The position numbers and the translations under genes are program-made. 64,000 nt of DNA from Centroscyllium fabricii (taxonomy: Eukaryota): NCBI GenBank assembly GCA_051313645.2, contig JBNRSN020000007.1:272428001-272492000 (forward strand), given 5' to 3'. The notes beneath the pieces were generated by a model that worked only from the letters and a program-made list of their open reading frames with translations, made no database searches and was not told the DNA's origin. How positions within the stretch are numbered: position 1 is the first letter of the stretch; each line of letters opens with the position of its first letter. Shown here piece after piece: positions 23,411 to 35,440 of this stretch.

Positions 23411-23548
23411 CCGGAAGACTTTTTATCAAGATCTTTGAACAGCTCTTCATCAAGTAAGAAGGATGATACTCTGAACAGAGGTTTTATTATACCCAATAAA
23501 GAGACTAGTTTTTCCTCCACACACCCTAAACTGGAAACTCCAATATGG
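23411..23548 (+). CDS. MYBL2: MYBL2 penultimate exon (PEDFLSRSLNSSSSSKKDDTLNRGFI...TPIW)
   Basis: aagcag acceptor, gtaagt donor, 138 bp phase 0-0. KDDTLNRGF resembles B-Myb KEDNSLLNQGF. Confidence 0.88.
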
Positions 23549-23589
23549 GTAAGTAGTGTTATTAATTGGAAATTTGTTTTGTTAAGGTA

Positions 23590-23929
23590 CAGGTACAGAA
23601 TCCCTTATCTGAAACCCGTTGGACCGGACGGGTCTTGGTTTTCAGGAGTTTTCGGAATGGTGCCCAGTGCGCATGTGCAGATCACATGCGCATGCGCATT
23701 GCCGTGTTGGCGGCCCAGTGCGCAGGCTGAAACGGTAGGAGATTGTGGGCTCGGGGCGGAATTGGACCCGTGGGTCCATTTTTTTTACATTGGTAAGCTC
23801 AACTTTCTTAATTTTACTTTTATCACTGGAATTATATTGAATTGGCTTTCAAAACGGGTCAGTTTTGGCGCAACTCGGGTTGCGGAGCTTTTTGGTTTTC
23901 GGATGTGCGGTTAAGGGATTGTGTACCTG
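23590..23929. mobile_element. Tc1/mariner (pogo/Tigger-type) MITE
   Basis: Terminal inverted repeats caggtacagaatcccttatctg / cggttaagggattgtgtacctg, flanked by TA on both sides. Confidence 0.82.
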
Positions 23930-24260
23930 TATTATCTATAGAAATAGCAGACACTGACCATTAAATTCATATTTTACTACAAAGTGTGGAGTTCACATGA
24001 CTTAACATAACCTTTTAATCTTGCAGTTGCTTCCGTCTTAATTCTTCAGCCCACATGCGATTTAAAATTTAAAAAAAAGCAAATTATTATTTAAATGGGG
24101 AGAGATTACAAAATGCTGAGGTACAGAGGGATCTGGGGGTCCTTGGACATGAATCACAAAAAGTTAGCATGCAGGTACAGCAACTAATTGGGAAGGCAAA
24201 TGGAATGTTGGCCTTTATTGCAAAGGAAATAGAGTATAAATGTAGGGAAGTCCTGTTACA

Positions 24261-25556
24261 TCATAGAAACATAGAAGTTAGGAGCAGGAGTAGGCCATTC
24301 GGCCCCTCAAGCCTGCTCTGGCATTCAATGCGATCACGTCTGATCATCCAAATGCAGTACCCTGTCCCTGCCTTCTCTTCATAACCCTTGATCCCGTTAC
24401 CCTTAAGAAATAAATCTCTCTCCTTCTTGAATATATTTAATGAATTGGCCTCTACAGCCTTCTGTGGTAGAGAATTCCACAGGTTCACCACTCTCTGGGT
24501 GAAGAACTTTCTCCTCATCTTTGTCCTAAATGGCTTACCCCTTATCCTTGGACTGTGCCCCCTGGTTCTGGACTTCCCCACCATCGGGAACATCCTTCCT
24601 GCATCTAGTCTGTCCAGTCCTGTTAGAATTTTATAAGTTTCAATGAGATCCCCTCTCATTCTTCTAAACTCCAACGAGTACAAGCCCAATCGACCCAATC
24701 TCTCCTCATAAGTTATTCCTGCCATCCCAGGTATCAGCCTGGTGAATCGTCGCTGCACTCCTTCCATGGCAAGAACATCCTTCCTCCGATAAGGCGACCA
24801 AACCTGCACACAATACTCCAGGTGTGGTCTCACCAAGGCCCTGTACAACTGCAGCAAGACATCTTCATTCCTGTACTCAAACCCTCTCGCTACGAAGGCC
24901 AACATACCATTTGCCGCCTTAACCGCCTGCTGCACCTGCATGCTTACCTTCAGCGACTGGTGCACAAGGACGCCCAGGTCTCGTTGCACTTCCCTTTCTC
25001 CCAATCTATTGCCATTCAGATAATAATCTGCCTTGTTTTTGACACCAAAGTGGATAACCTCACATTTATCCACATTAGATTGCTTCTGCCCAATCACCCA
25101 ACCTGTCCAAATCATACTGGAGTTTCTCGGCATCCTCCTCACAGCACACACGCCCACCCAGCTTTGTGTCATCTGCAAACTTGGGGATATTACATCTAGT
25201 TCCCTCGTCCAGATCATTAATCTATATTGTGAATAGCTGGGGTCCAAGGACCGATCCCTACAGTACCCCACTAGTCACTGCCTGCCACTTGGAAAAAGAG
25301 CCGTTTATTCCAACTCTTTGCTTTCTGTCTGCCAACCAGTTCTCTATCCAAGTCGATACCTTGCTCCAATCCCATGTGCCTTAATTTTATACGCGAATCT
25401 CTTATGCGGGACCTTATCGAAAGCCTTTTGAAAGTCCAAGTACACCACATCCACTGGTTCTCCCCTATCTATTTTACCAGTTACATCCTCAAAAAATTCC
25501 AGTAGATTAGTCAAGCACGATTTACCTTTTGTAAATCCATGTTGACTCTGTCCAAT
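24261..25556 (-). mobile_element. CR1 LINE 3' part (RT + C-terminus)
   Basis: ORFs 25571-25344 (QHGF, SCLTNL, YLDFQKAFDKV) and 25271-24261; tail ctatgtttctatg. Confidence 0.92.
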
Positions 25557-25962
25557 CCACACCTGGAACACTGCGTACAGTTTTGGTCTCCTTATTTAAG
25601 GAAGGATATACTTGCATTGGAGGCAGTTCAGAGACGGTTCACGAGGTTGATTCCGGAGATGAAGGGGTTGTCTTATGAAGAAAGGTTGAGCAGGTTGGGC
25701 CTATACTCATTGGAGTTTAGAAGAATGAAAAGGGATCTTATTGAAACATACAAGATTCTGAAGGGTCTCGACAAGGTAGATGAAGAAAGGATGTTTCCCC
25801 TCGTGGGGGAATCTAGAACTAGAGGGCATAATTTCAGAATAAGGGGGCACCCTTTTAAATCTGAATTGAGGAGGAATTTCTTCTGAGGGTCGTGAATCTT
25901 TGTAATTCCCTTCCCCAGAGAGCTGTGGAGGCTGGGTCATTGAATATATTTAAGGTGGCGAT

Positions 25963-28900
25963 TTTTTTTTAATTCATTGATGGGATGTGGGCATCACTGG
26001 CTGGCTAGGCCTGCATTTAGTGCCCATCCCTAATTGCCCTTGAGAAGATGGTGGTGAGCCGCCGCCTTGAACCGCAGCAGTCCATATGGTGTAGGTACAC
26101 CCACAATGTTGTTAGGAAGGGAGTTCCAGGATTTTGGCCCAGCGATAGTGAAGGAGCAGCGATACAGGTCCAAGTCAGGATGGTGTGTGGCTTGGAGGGG
26201 AACTTGTAGGTGGTGCTGTTCCCATGCGTCTGCTGCCCTTGTCCTTCTAAGTGGTAGAGGTTGCGGGTTTGGAAGGTGCTGTTGAAGGAGCTTTGGCGAG
26301 TTGCTGCAGTGCATCTTGTAGATGGTGCACACTGCAGCCACAGTGCGCTGGTGGTGGAGGGAGTGAATGTTGAAGGTGGTGGATGGAGTGCCAATCAAGC
26401 GGGCTGCTTTGTCCTGAATGGTGTCGAGCTTCTTGAGTGTTGTTGGAGCTGCACTCATCCAGGCAAGTGGAGAATATTCCATCATACTCCTGACTTGTGC
26501 CTTGTAGATGGTGGAAAGGCTTTGGGGAGTCAGGAGGTGAGACACTCGCCGCAGAATTCCCAGCCTCTGGCCTGCTCTTGTAGCCACAGTATTTATATGG
26601 CTGGTCCAGTTCAGTTTCCGATCAATGGTAACCCCCAGGATGTTGATAGTGGGGGATTCAGCAATGATAATGCCATTGGAGAAGAGCACACGTGTCTCTG
26701 TGAAGCTCCCACACTCTTGTTTATTTTTGAATTTAACGTAACTTTCACTTTGTAAATTTCACCCAACTTTTTTTTTCATTCATAACAAATTATAGTACAG
26801 CGTTATAGTTTACCTTTTGAAGTAAAAACGGCACTTGATAAGAGCAGGCGTTTATCCGTGGGCTCCCAGATTCTTGTTTATTTTTGAATCAACCGTCGCT
26901 TCTGGGCCAATGAAAACACTGCATTGAGTGAACTTTACAGTGAGATCAGTAAAGTTCAGAACCGGTATCCCGAGGCAGTTTCCATCATTGCAGGAGACTT
27001 TAAGCACTGTAACCTAAAGAAAGTTATGCCGAAATACTTCCAAAACATCATCTGTCCAACAAGAAACGGAAAAACTCTGGACCAGTGTTATACTACAATT
27101 CAACACGCCTTCCGTGCCATTGCTCGGCCGGGCTTCGGCAAGTCAGACCACGCCTCCGTGCTCCTACTTCCTGTTTATAAACAGAAGTTAAAAAACACAC
27201 CTATAACAATGAAAACAGTAAGAATCTGGACAGCGGACAACGAACTTAAACTGCAGGGCGGGCTGGAAATAACGGACTGGAGTGTCTTCAAGAACCCAGA
27301 CCTAGATGTGTATGCAGACCACGTCAATGGATACATCAACAAACTGGTAGATGAATGCATTCCTACCAAGACTGTCCGTTCATTTCCCAACCGTAAACCG
27401 TGGATGAATTCAAACATCTATGACAAACTGAGAGAACGATGTTCCGCTTTTAAATCAGGGGAGAGCGAAGTCTACAAGAAGGCCAAGTATGACCTTATAA
27501 GGGCGATCAAAACAGCAAAAAGAGACTTCAGGGATAAACTGGAGTCTCTGTACGGCGGGGGTTCCGATGCCAGACGCATGTGGCAGGGACTGAGGGCCAT
27601 CACCAACTGCAAGGAAAGATCAGCGGGTGTCACCAACACCGATCCCTCCCTACCAGACGAGCTGAACACCTTCTATGCTCGCTTTGATAGGGATAACACG
27701 GAGCAGGCCATAAAAACCCCTAGTCACCCAGAGGACTACATACTACAAGTGACTTGAGTCCGAGGTCTGGAAAACCTTCAGGAGGGTGAAGGCACGAAAG
27801 GCAGCCGGTCCAGACGGAGTTCCACCCCGCGTCTTCAAGACATGTGCAGACCAGCTGGCTCCTGTGTTCACAGACATCTTTAACATCTCGCTGCAGCAGC
27901 CTGTCGTGCCAGTGTGCTTCAAGGAGACAACCATTGTGCCGTTACCAAAGAAGACCAAGGTAACAGGTCTCAATGACTATCGACCGGTAGCTCTAACATC
28001 CATAGCTATGAAGTGCCTGGAAAAGCTGGTCATGACGCACATAAACAGCATCATCCCCGATTCCTTGGATCCGTTCCAGTTCGCATACAGGGCGAACAGG
28101 TCTGTGGACGACGCCATCTCCCTAACACTGCACACTGTCCTAGAACACCTAGATAGAAGGGAGACCTTTGTCAGAATGTTGTTCATTGACTACAGCTCTG
28201 CATTTAACACCATTGTTCCCTCCAAGCTAATCCTGAAACTGAAGGTCCTAGGTCTGGGCACCCCCATCTGCAACTGGATTCTGGACTTCCTGACTGGTAG
28301 ACCTCAAGTGGTGAAAATAGGGAACAACACCTCCTCCACACTGGTCCTCAATACCGGAGCGCCACAAGGCTGCTGCCTCAGTCCTCGGTTGTACTCTCTG
28401 TTTACAAACGATTGTACAGCCCAACACCGCAACAACCGGATAATAAAGTTTGCCGATGACACCACGGTAATTGCCCTGATCAGCAACGAGGATGAGACAG
28501 AGTACAGGGATGAGATAGTTCAGCTGATGAGATGGTGTAATGATAACAACCTTGCCCTGAACGTCAGCAAGACTAAGGAACTCATCGTGGACTTCAGATG
28601 CCATCAAGAGAACCACCGACCAATTATCATAGGTGGGACATCGGTAGAAATAGTCAGCTGCTTCCGATTCCTAGGTCTGCAGATCTCTGATGATCTGACT
28701 TGGAACTATAACACTGAGGCAATCTCCGCGAAAAAATTGGGGACCACTGCTCTATGGTGCCTGAGGAAATGCGCATAAGCACACAATGGCTTGTGAACTT
28801 TTACCACGGCACCATAGAGAGCGTCTTGTCGGGTGGCGTCACTGTGTGGTATGGCAACACCACTGCTCAGGACAGGAAAGCCATTCAGAGGGTCGTGAGG

Positions 28901-29800
28901 ACGGCAGAAAAAATTATCGGGTGTGCACTTCCATCCATCGAGGAGATCTTTCAGACCAGATGTCGGAACAAGGCCCGCTCCATCATCAAGGACCCCAATC
29001 ACCCTGGGCACGATCTGTTCTCCCTCCTGCGGTCTGGCCGTCGGTATTGCAGCATCGGAACCAGGACCAGCAGGTTCAAAAACAGTTTCTACCCACAGGC
29101 AGTGCGCCTACTTAGCTGCTAACTGCACTCGTTACTTATTTGTTTATTTGATTATTATTTTTTCTATATTTATACTTGTTTGGTTTTTTTTCACTTTTTA
29201 CTTTTTGCTTTTCTACATTTATAATTGTGGGAGTGAATGGGGAGTAAGCATTCCATTGTACGAGTTACACATGGCAATAAAATTATCTTGAATTGAATGT
29301 CAAGGGGAGATAGTTAGAGTCTCGCTTGTTGGAGATGGTCATTGCCTGGCACTTGTGTGGTGCGAATGTTACTTGCCACTTGTCAGCCCAAGTCTGAATG
29401 TTGTCCAGGTCTTGCTGCATATGGACACGGACTGCGTCAGTATCTGACGAGTCTCGAATGGTGCTGAACAGTGTGCAATCATCAGCGAACATCCCCACTT
29501 CTGACCTTATGATGGAGGGAAGGTCATTGATGAAACAGCTGAAGATGGTTGGGCCTAGGACACTGCCCTGAGGAACTCCTGCAGTGATGTCCTGTGGTTG
29601 AGATGAATGACCTCCAACAACCACAGCCAACTTCCTTTGTGCTAGGTATGATTCTAACCAATGGAGAGTTTTCCTCTTGATTCCCATTGACTTCAGCTTT
29701 GCCAGGGCTCCTTGATGCCACACTCAATCAAATGCTGCCTTGATGTCAAGGGCAGTCACTCTCACCTCACCTCTTGAGTTCAGCTCTTTTGTCCATGTTT
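25963..29800 (-). mobile_element. CR1-group (Zenon-like) LINE, split by Rex1 (pieces 25963-26678 and 29296-29800)
   Basis: ORFs 29723-29283 (PQGSVLGP, FADD) and 26689-26030 join at LTF|NGIII. Confidence 0.9.
26679..29295 (+). mobile_element. Rex1/Babar LINE, second subfamily, partial endonuclease + RT
   Basis: ORFs 26924-27757, 27786-28778 and 28754-29122 ([36 protein letters not shown]); tail aataaaattatcttgaattg. Frameshifts present. Confidence 0.92.
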
Positions 29801-30213
29801 GATACAAATTTTTGAACGATAAGGGAGTCGAGGGTTATGGGGAGCAGGCAGGGAAGTGGAGTTGAGGCCAAGATCAGATCCGCCATGATCTTATTGAATG
29901 GCGGAGCAGGCTCGAGGGGCCAAATGACCTATTCCTGCTCCTACGTCTTATGTTCTTATGTAATCTCAATGTCTTTGATTGTTATCCCTCTCAACAAAAC
30001 ATCTTTACTTTCCCGCACAATTTGGTGGCTTCACCCAAGTACTGAGGCATTCTGCTTCTAATGTCCTCACAATGCGATGAGCAACATTCAGAAATGTTTT
30101 CTGTTATCGAGCCAACTCTAACTGCTGGGCGGTTCACACTGACTTTTATAAAATTTCATTTCAGCCACAAGTGTCTTGTGGCCTTTCCAAATAACTTGTG
30201 TAACATTGTGGTA

Positions 30214-30731
30214 CAGGTTGAGCACCGTTAGTCCGGCACGGTCGGGACCAGGACCATGCCGAACATTTGAAAAATCCGAATGATTGAAGTTCGAGCGCAT
30301 GCGCAGACCATTCAAAATGGCCGCCGCAAAATTTTGAATGGTCTGCGCATGCGCTCGCCGAGAGGCCCGGGCATGCGCAGCCAAGCGCGGCGGCCATATT
30401 GCGCATGCACAGACCCATCGGGGAGGCCCGGGCATGCGCAGCCACGCGCGGCGGCCATTTTGCGCAGGGCAGTCGGGCAGAGGCCTGGGCATGCGCAGCC
30501 ATGTGCGGTGGCCATTTTGCGCATGCGCAGACCAGTCAGGCAGAGGCCTGGGCATGCGCAGCCATGTGCGGCGGCCATTTTGTGCATGCGCAGACCAGTC
30601 GGGCAGAGGCCTGGGCATGCGCAGCCAAGCGCGGTGGCCATTTTGCGCATGCGCGCACCAGTAGGCCAGATTTGTGCTGGACGTTTGAAGTTGCTGGACA
30701 AACGGTGTCCGGATTAACGGTGCTCAACCTG
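30214..30731. mobile_element. Tc1/mariner-type MITE with internal 57-63 bp tandem array
   Basis: Terminal inverted repeats caggttgagcaccgttagtccgg / ccggattaacggtgctcaacctg, TA flanks; five units start at 30363, 30424, 30481, 30544 and 30607. Confidence 0.88.
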
Positions 30732-31155
30732 TATTAACCAAATTTACAATCTGCTACCTGTCTTTTTAAAAACACGTGAATGAATGGGGGAAGCTTGACC
30801 AATCCCAAATGCTGCAAGCAATGTTCCCTCCAATTTGTTTTACGTGTGCGGTCCCTTTTAACTCAGATTTTCACGCATGCGCCGTTTCCTGCATTACAAA
30901 TTCGGTGAACAGCTTTCGCGGGACCTCCAGACCGCTGTGGGGCCACGCAGCTTTCCTGGAACGTTGGTTGCAGACTACCTGTTGTTCAACTTCCTAATTT
31001 CCATCAGAATCTATAATAAATATAATTATACTCGACCTTCAATATTTTGAAGCTGGCCTGCAAGAATAATGTATTTGAAAACTTATTTGCATAACCAAAA
31101 TCTGTTTTATAATTGGCATTCAAAAGTATTTTTTCCCTCTGATTTCTGTTTGCAG

Positions 31156-31281
31156 ATGAGCAGTGCTTGGGAAGCCGTAGCCTGTGGAAAAACAAAGGAT
31201 CAGCTCATAATGACTGAGAAAGCCAGGAAGTACTTAAATGCATTCAAAACAACTCACACCTCCAGGACCTTGATTTTATAA
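31156..31281 (+). CDS. MYBL2: MYBL2 last coding exon (MSSAWEAVACGKTKDQLIMTEKARKYL...HTSRTLIL*)
   Basis: tttgcag acceptor; matches the B-Myb C-terminus MSSAWKTVACG...HTSRTLILS; TAA stop. Confidence 0.96.
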   Translation: MSSAWEAVACGKTKDQLIMTEKARKYLNAFKTTHTSRTLIL

Positions 31282-32250
31282 TGTGGTGTAGAACAGTTTA
31301 AAAACATTCTGTCTAGGCAGCTCTTCCAATGGAAAGAATTACCTTGTGGAATACCAGGAACTAAAAAGTTTCAAGTGGATCTGTAAACAAAGAGATCACC
31401 TTGGTGTTCCAGTCAGTTTGTTTCAGGACAGTATCTCATCACTGGGGTGATGGGGAGAGGAGAGAAAGTCCCAAGGACAGACCATTACATAAATACAATT
31501 TGTGCTCTTCAAAGCGTAAGAGCATGCCATAGCCTTTCTTCAAAAAACAAAGTTGTATCAATGGTTTAATGTTAACCATTAACTCTTTCACTGGAAGGCT
31601 TCATTGTTGAACAGTCACTGCACAGGCAAAGTTGTGATGTCATTGAGAAGGGTTCTCTAACGATGTCTTATCATGTTTGTCGCTGTAACCTGCTGCTTGT
31701 TTCCATGAACTCTTCAAATTGAAGGTGCGCTGTCTTGACTGCTTACAGAAGTAAGATTTCAGCACCAAAATCAAAAATGCCAAACACCTAATATCTGTTC
31801 TAACAGTACTATGAATGAAGTTTGCTTCTTTTCAGAGTTTTTCAAAAATTTCATTTTGGAGTTGTATGGCAAAAATGTGCATTTTTAAAAAAAGTTGAAG
31901 AATGTTTTCACTGCTATGTTAAAGCATAGAAATACTGTAGTACTTAGCTCATGTTAACTGGCATTTGAGTTATACAAGATGGTTTGTTTGCGAATTAAAT
32001 TAATTGGCCGCCTTTTAGCATCACTAACCGATCCCAAGTTTTTTAAAGCAGTTATGATTTTTCAAATAACAAAAGTGTAGAAATGTGTGCGTGCATCATA
32101 TCTTCTACTTGTTGTCCTATTACCTGAACAAAGTAATTTTTTAAACTGAGAAAGAACATCCTCACCATTCCAGAATTAGATTCTGTACAGTATTTTATGA
32201 TGTATAAATAAGAAAGTAATGGTGAAGAAAGGCGATTTCACTTGCGTGCT

Positions 32251-32256
32251 ATTAAA
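32251..32256 (+). terminator. Candidate MYBL2 polyadenylation signal (ATTAAA)
   Basis: Variant hexamer about 1 kb after the stop, at the end of a repeat-free AT-rich stretch. Not verifiable from DNA alone. Confidence 0.3.
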
Positions 32257-32469
32257 ATCTATGTTCAGGAGCCGTGCAGACTTTTCCCCCATTCATTAAT
32301 TCTCCACATACACATTAATATGCCAACATCCAAATAGGATATAAATCAGAATACTATCCATTTTAACAATCTCTTCATTATTTGCAGTAGTCCTCCTCCC
32401 ATATTGTACTGTATGTAAAGGTCTTGTTCTGAATTCCCTGTTTGCTTTTTATTTTTCCCATATCATTCA

Positions 32470-32768
32470 TACATCCCTACCGACACCTGGGAATCCCTGG
32501 CCCAAGACCGCACAAAGTGGAGGAGAAGCATCCGGGAAGGCGCCGAAAACCTCGAGTCTCTTCATCGGGAGCAAGCAGAAGCCAAGCGCAGGCAGTGCAA
32601 GGAGCGCACGTCAACCCGAGCACCCACACCCACCCGCCCATCAACCACCGTCTGCCCCACCTGTGACAGAGACTGCAGGTCCCGCATTGGACTCATCAGT
32701 CACCTGAGAACTCATTTTTAATGTGGAAGCAAGTCATCCTCGGTTCCGAGAGACTGCCTAAGAAGTAG
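32470..32768 (+). mobile_element. RTE-clade LINE 3' fragment
   Basis: Translates to IPTDTWESLAQDRTKWRRSI...CPTCDRDCRSRIGLISHLRTHF* (AxDRxxWR motif + C2H2 finger); aag-type tail. Confidence 0.85.
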
Positions 32769-33429
32769 TATTCTGGTGCTTCACAAGGTGGTGTGGGGGG
32801 GGGGGGGGAAGATTATAATTTTGAGCCCACTCTGGGGTTGAAGTTTTCTGCTTGGCTTATGACTATTATTTCTGTGTTTTGTGGTTGATCAATATTGTTA
32901 CTTTGTGAGAATTGTGCCCTGATTGCCTTGACTTGAATTAGTTGAAACCAGTGGACAGATTCTGACAGTACTGCGCACTATCTTTCCAGTACGGGGTAGT
33001 ATCTGCACTTTCCAGTACTGGGTAGTATCTGCACTATCTTCCTGTATTATACTTCCGGCAGTGCATATACTGTTCCAAGGCTTCAGAGAGAGTCATGAGC
33101 ATTGTTACATTTTGGACTTTATCCTACCATATTATTTGTGTGCCATGGCTCAAAGATGGTTTCCATAAGAATTCTGAATGTAAGGGACCCAAAACCTGCG
33201 TGTGTACGTACGCTGCGTGCGAGTTAGCATTCCCTGGCTTAACAAGCGGCTCTTGTCGACGTATAATCATTGGAAATCACGCAGTGTCTCCCATGTTCTA
33301 GCATTTCTGAAACCTGAGAAATAACACCAGCCAGACCAGTGCATATAGGCTGAAATTATTTGGTTTATTTATGGGTTAACTAATGCACAGTAGTTACTGA
33401 ATCAGCACAATACTTAAGTAATAAAACGA

Positions 33430-34337
33430 ATATCCGTCCACACCACACTGGGCGTCACACCTTAGGAGAGATAAAGTGGCTTTGAGAGGGAGTGCAGTGT
33501 AAGTTTACCAGAACGATACCCGGACTCCAAGGGTTAAATTACGAGGAGAGGTTACACAAACTAGGGTCGTATTCCCTGAAATTTAGACGGTTAAGGGTTT
33601 GATTTGATCAAAGTTTTCAAGGTATTAAGGGGAACAGATAGGGTAGATAGAAACTTTCTGCTGGTTGGGGATTCTAGGACTGGGGGGCATAGTCTAAAAA
33701 TTAGAGCCAGACCTTGAGTGAAATTAGGAAACACAAAGGGTGGTAGAAGTTTGGAACACTCTTCTGCAAACGGCAATTGATGCTGGATCAGATGTTAATT
33801 TTAAATCTGAGATTGATAGATTTTTGTTAACCAAAGGTATTAAGAGATATGGACAAAGGCGGGTAAACATAGAAACTAGGAGTAGGCCATTCGGCCCTTC
33901 GAGCCTGCTCCGCCATTCAATGAGATCATGGCTGATCATCCAAACCCAGCACCCCGTCCCTGCCCTCTCCCCATATCCCTCGATCCCTATCGCGCCTGCA
34001 CCGACACATATCCCACCCTATCCCCGTAACCCCACATATTCAATCCCCCTAACACTAAGGGTCAATTTATCCTGGCCAATCAACCTAACTCGCACATCTT
34101 TGGACTGTGGGAGGAAACCGGAGCACCCGGAGGAAACCCACGCAGACACGGGGAGAATGTGCAAACTCCACACATATAGTCACCCGAGGCTGGATTTGAA
34201 CCCAGGTCTCTAGTGTTGTGAGACAACAGTGCTAACCACTGTGCCACCGTGCCGCCCTAGATGGAGGTAGGTCGCAGATCAGCCATTGAATGGCGGAACA
34301 GGCTCGAGAAGCTAAATGGCCTACTCATGCTCCTATG
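33430..34337 (+). mobile_element. CR1 LINE 3' fragment split by a V-SINE
   Basis: Degenerate VQxxFTR, EERL, VVEVWN motifs; the tail resumes at 34258. Confidence 0.75.
33866..34257 (-). mobile_element. V-SINE subfamily A
   Basis: Near-identical to 16607-17003. Confidence 0.9.
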
Positions 34338-34699
34338 TACAAGAGGTTAATACACCCTTTGCAGATATATTCCTTCGAGTATGATAAGTAACAGGATTTT
34401 TGGAGGAAGCGGTCAGGTTTGACTCCTCAGACTTCCCAGGTGTGTACATGGATGATGCAAATGCCAGTTTGTCAATGTGAGTTTGGATCTCCAGAATGAA
34501 GATTGAGGAACCTGTACTGTTGCTTACATATTGCCATACAATTTCTTTGATTGCAGTTATTTCCCTGATGTAAACAGAGTTTGATAGATCTTTCACCTTG
34601 TGAGATGAGTTGAAACCTTTATACATTTATCTTAATATTTCAGCTATTCCAAGATTAGAATAGTCTTTTTTTGTCCTTTTGCACGTTTTCTTTTCTCTA

Positions 34700-35440
34700 C
34701 TGCAAAACCGTCTGCTAAAACCCCTGTCTCCTCCACCCTCACCTCCAACAACTTCGTTCCCTAGCCAGCGACTCCATCCCTCTCCCTGGCAACTGTCTGA
34801 GGCTGAACCAGACTGTTCGCAACCTTGGTGTCATATTTGACCGGAAGATGAGCTTCTGACCACACACCCGCACCATCACCAAGACCGCCTGACGACTGCC
34901 CCGCTTCAGTTCATCTGCTGCTGAAACCCTCATCCATGCTTTTGTTACCTTTACCCTTGACTGTTCCAATGCACCCCTGGCCATCCTCCCGCGTTGTGCC
35001 CTCCACAAACTTGAGGTCATCCAAAACTCTGCTACCCGTGTCCCAACTTCCACCAAGTGCTGTTCGCCCATTACTCTGCTCACTGATCTACATTGGCTGC
35101 CGGTTAAGCAATGCCTCGATTTAAAAATTCTCATCCTTGTTTTCAAATCCCTCCATGCCCTCGCCCCTCCCTATCTCTGTAATCTCCTACAACCCTCCGA
35201 TATATCTGTGGTCTGCCAATTCTGGCCTTTTGAGCATTCCCGATTTTAATCACTCTACCATTGGTTGACCGTACCCTCAGCTGCCAAGGCCCTAAGCAAT
35301 GAAATATCCTCCCTAAGCCTCTGCTTCTCTTTCCACCTGCCCTAATATCTTCTTGTGTGGCTCAGTGTCAAATTTTGACTGATAACTCCTGTGAAGCATC
35401 TTGGGGCATTTTACTATGTTAAAAGGTGCTATATAACTAA
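34700..35440 (+). mobile_element. L2-clade LINE 3' part
   Basis: VRNLGVIFD, AETLIHAFV, LHWLPVKQ, FKILILVFKSLH motifs, plus an L2 tail gtgaagcatcttggg...ggtgctatataa. Confidence 0.85.

Larger units (their letters stand above)
24078..29960 (+). mobile_element. CR1 LINE broken into three pieces (24078-24260, 25557-25962, 29801-29960)
   Basis: EVLL|...PHLEHCVQFWSP continues across 24261-25556. The 3' end ttaaggtggcgat|...atttttgaacgataaggg continues across 25963-29800. Confidence 0.8.

Noticed and set aside
30118-30737. Repetitive ORFs in multiple frames as a repeat protein
   Set aside because: They are a by-product of a GC-rich, stop-poor 63-bp tandem array inside a MITE.
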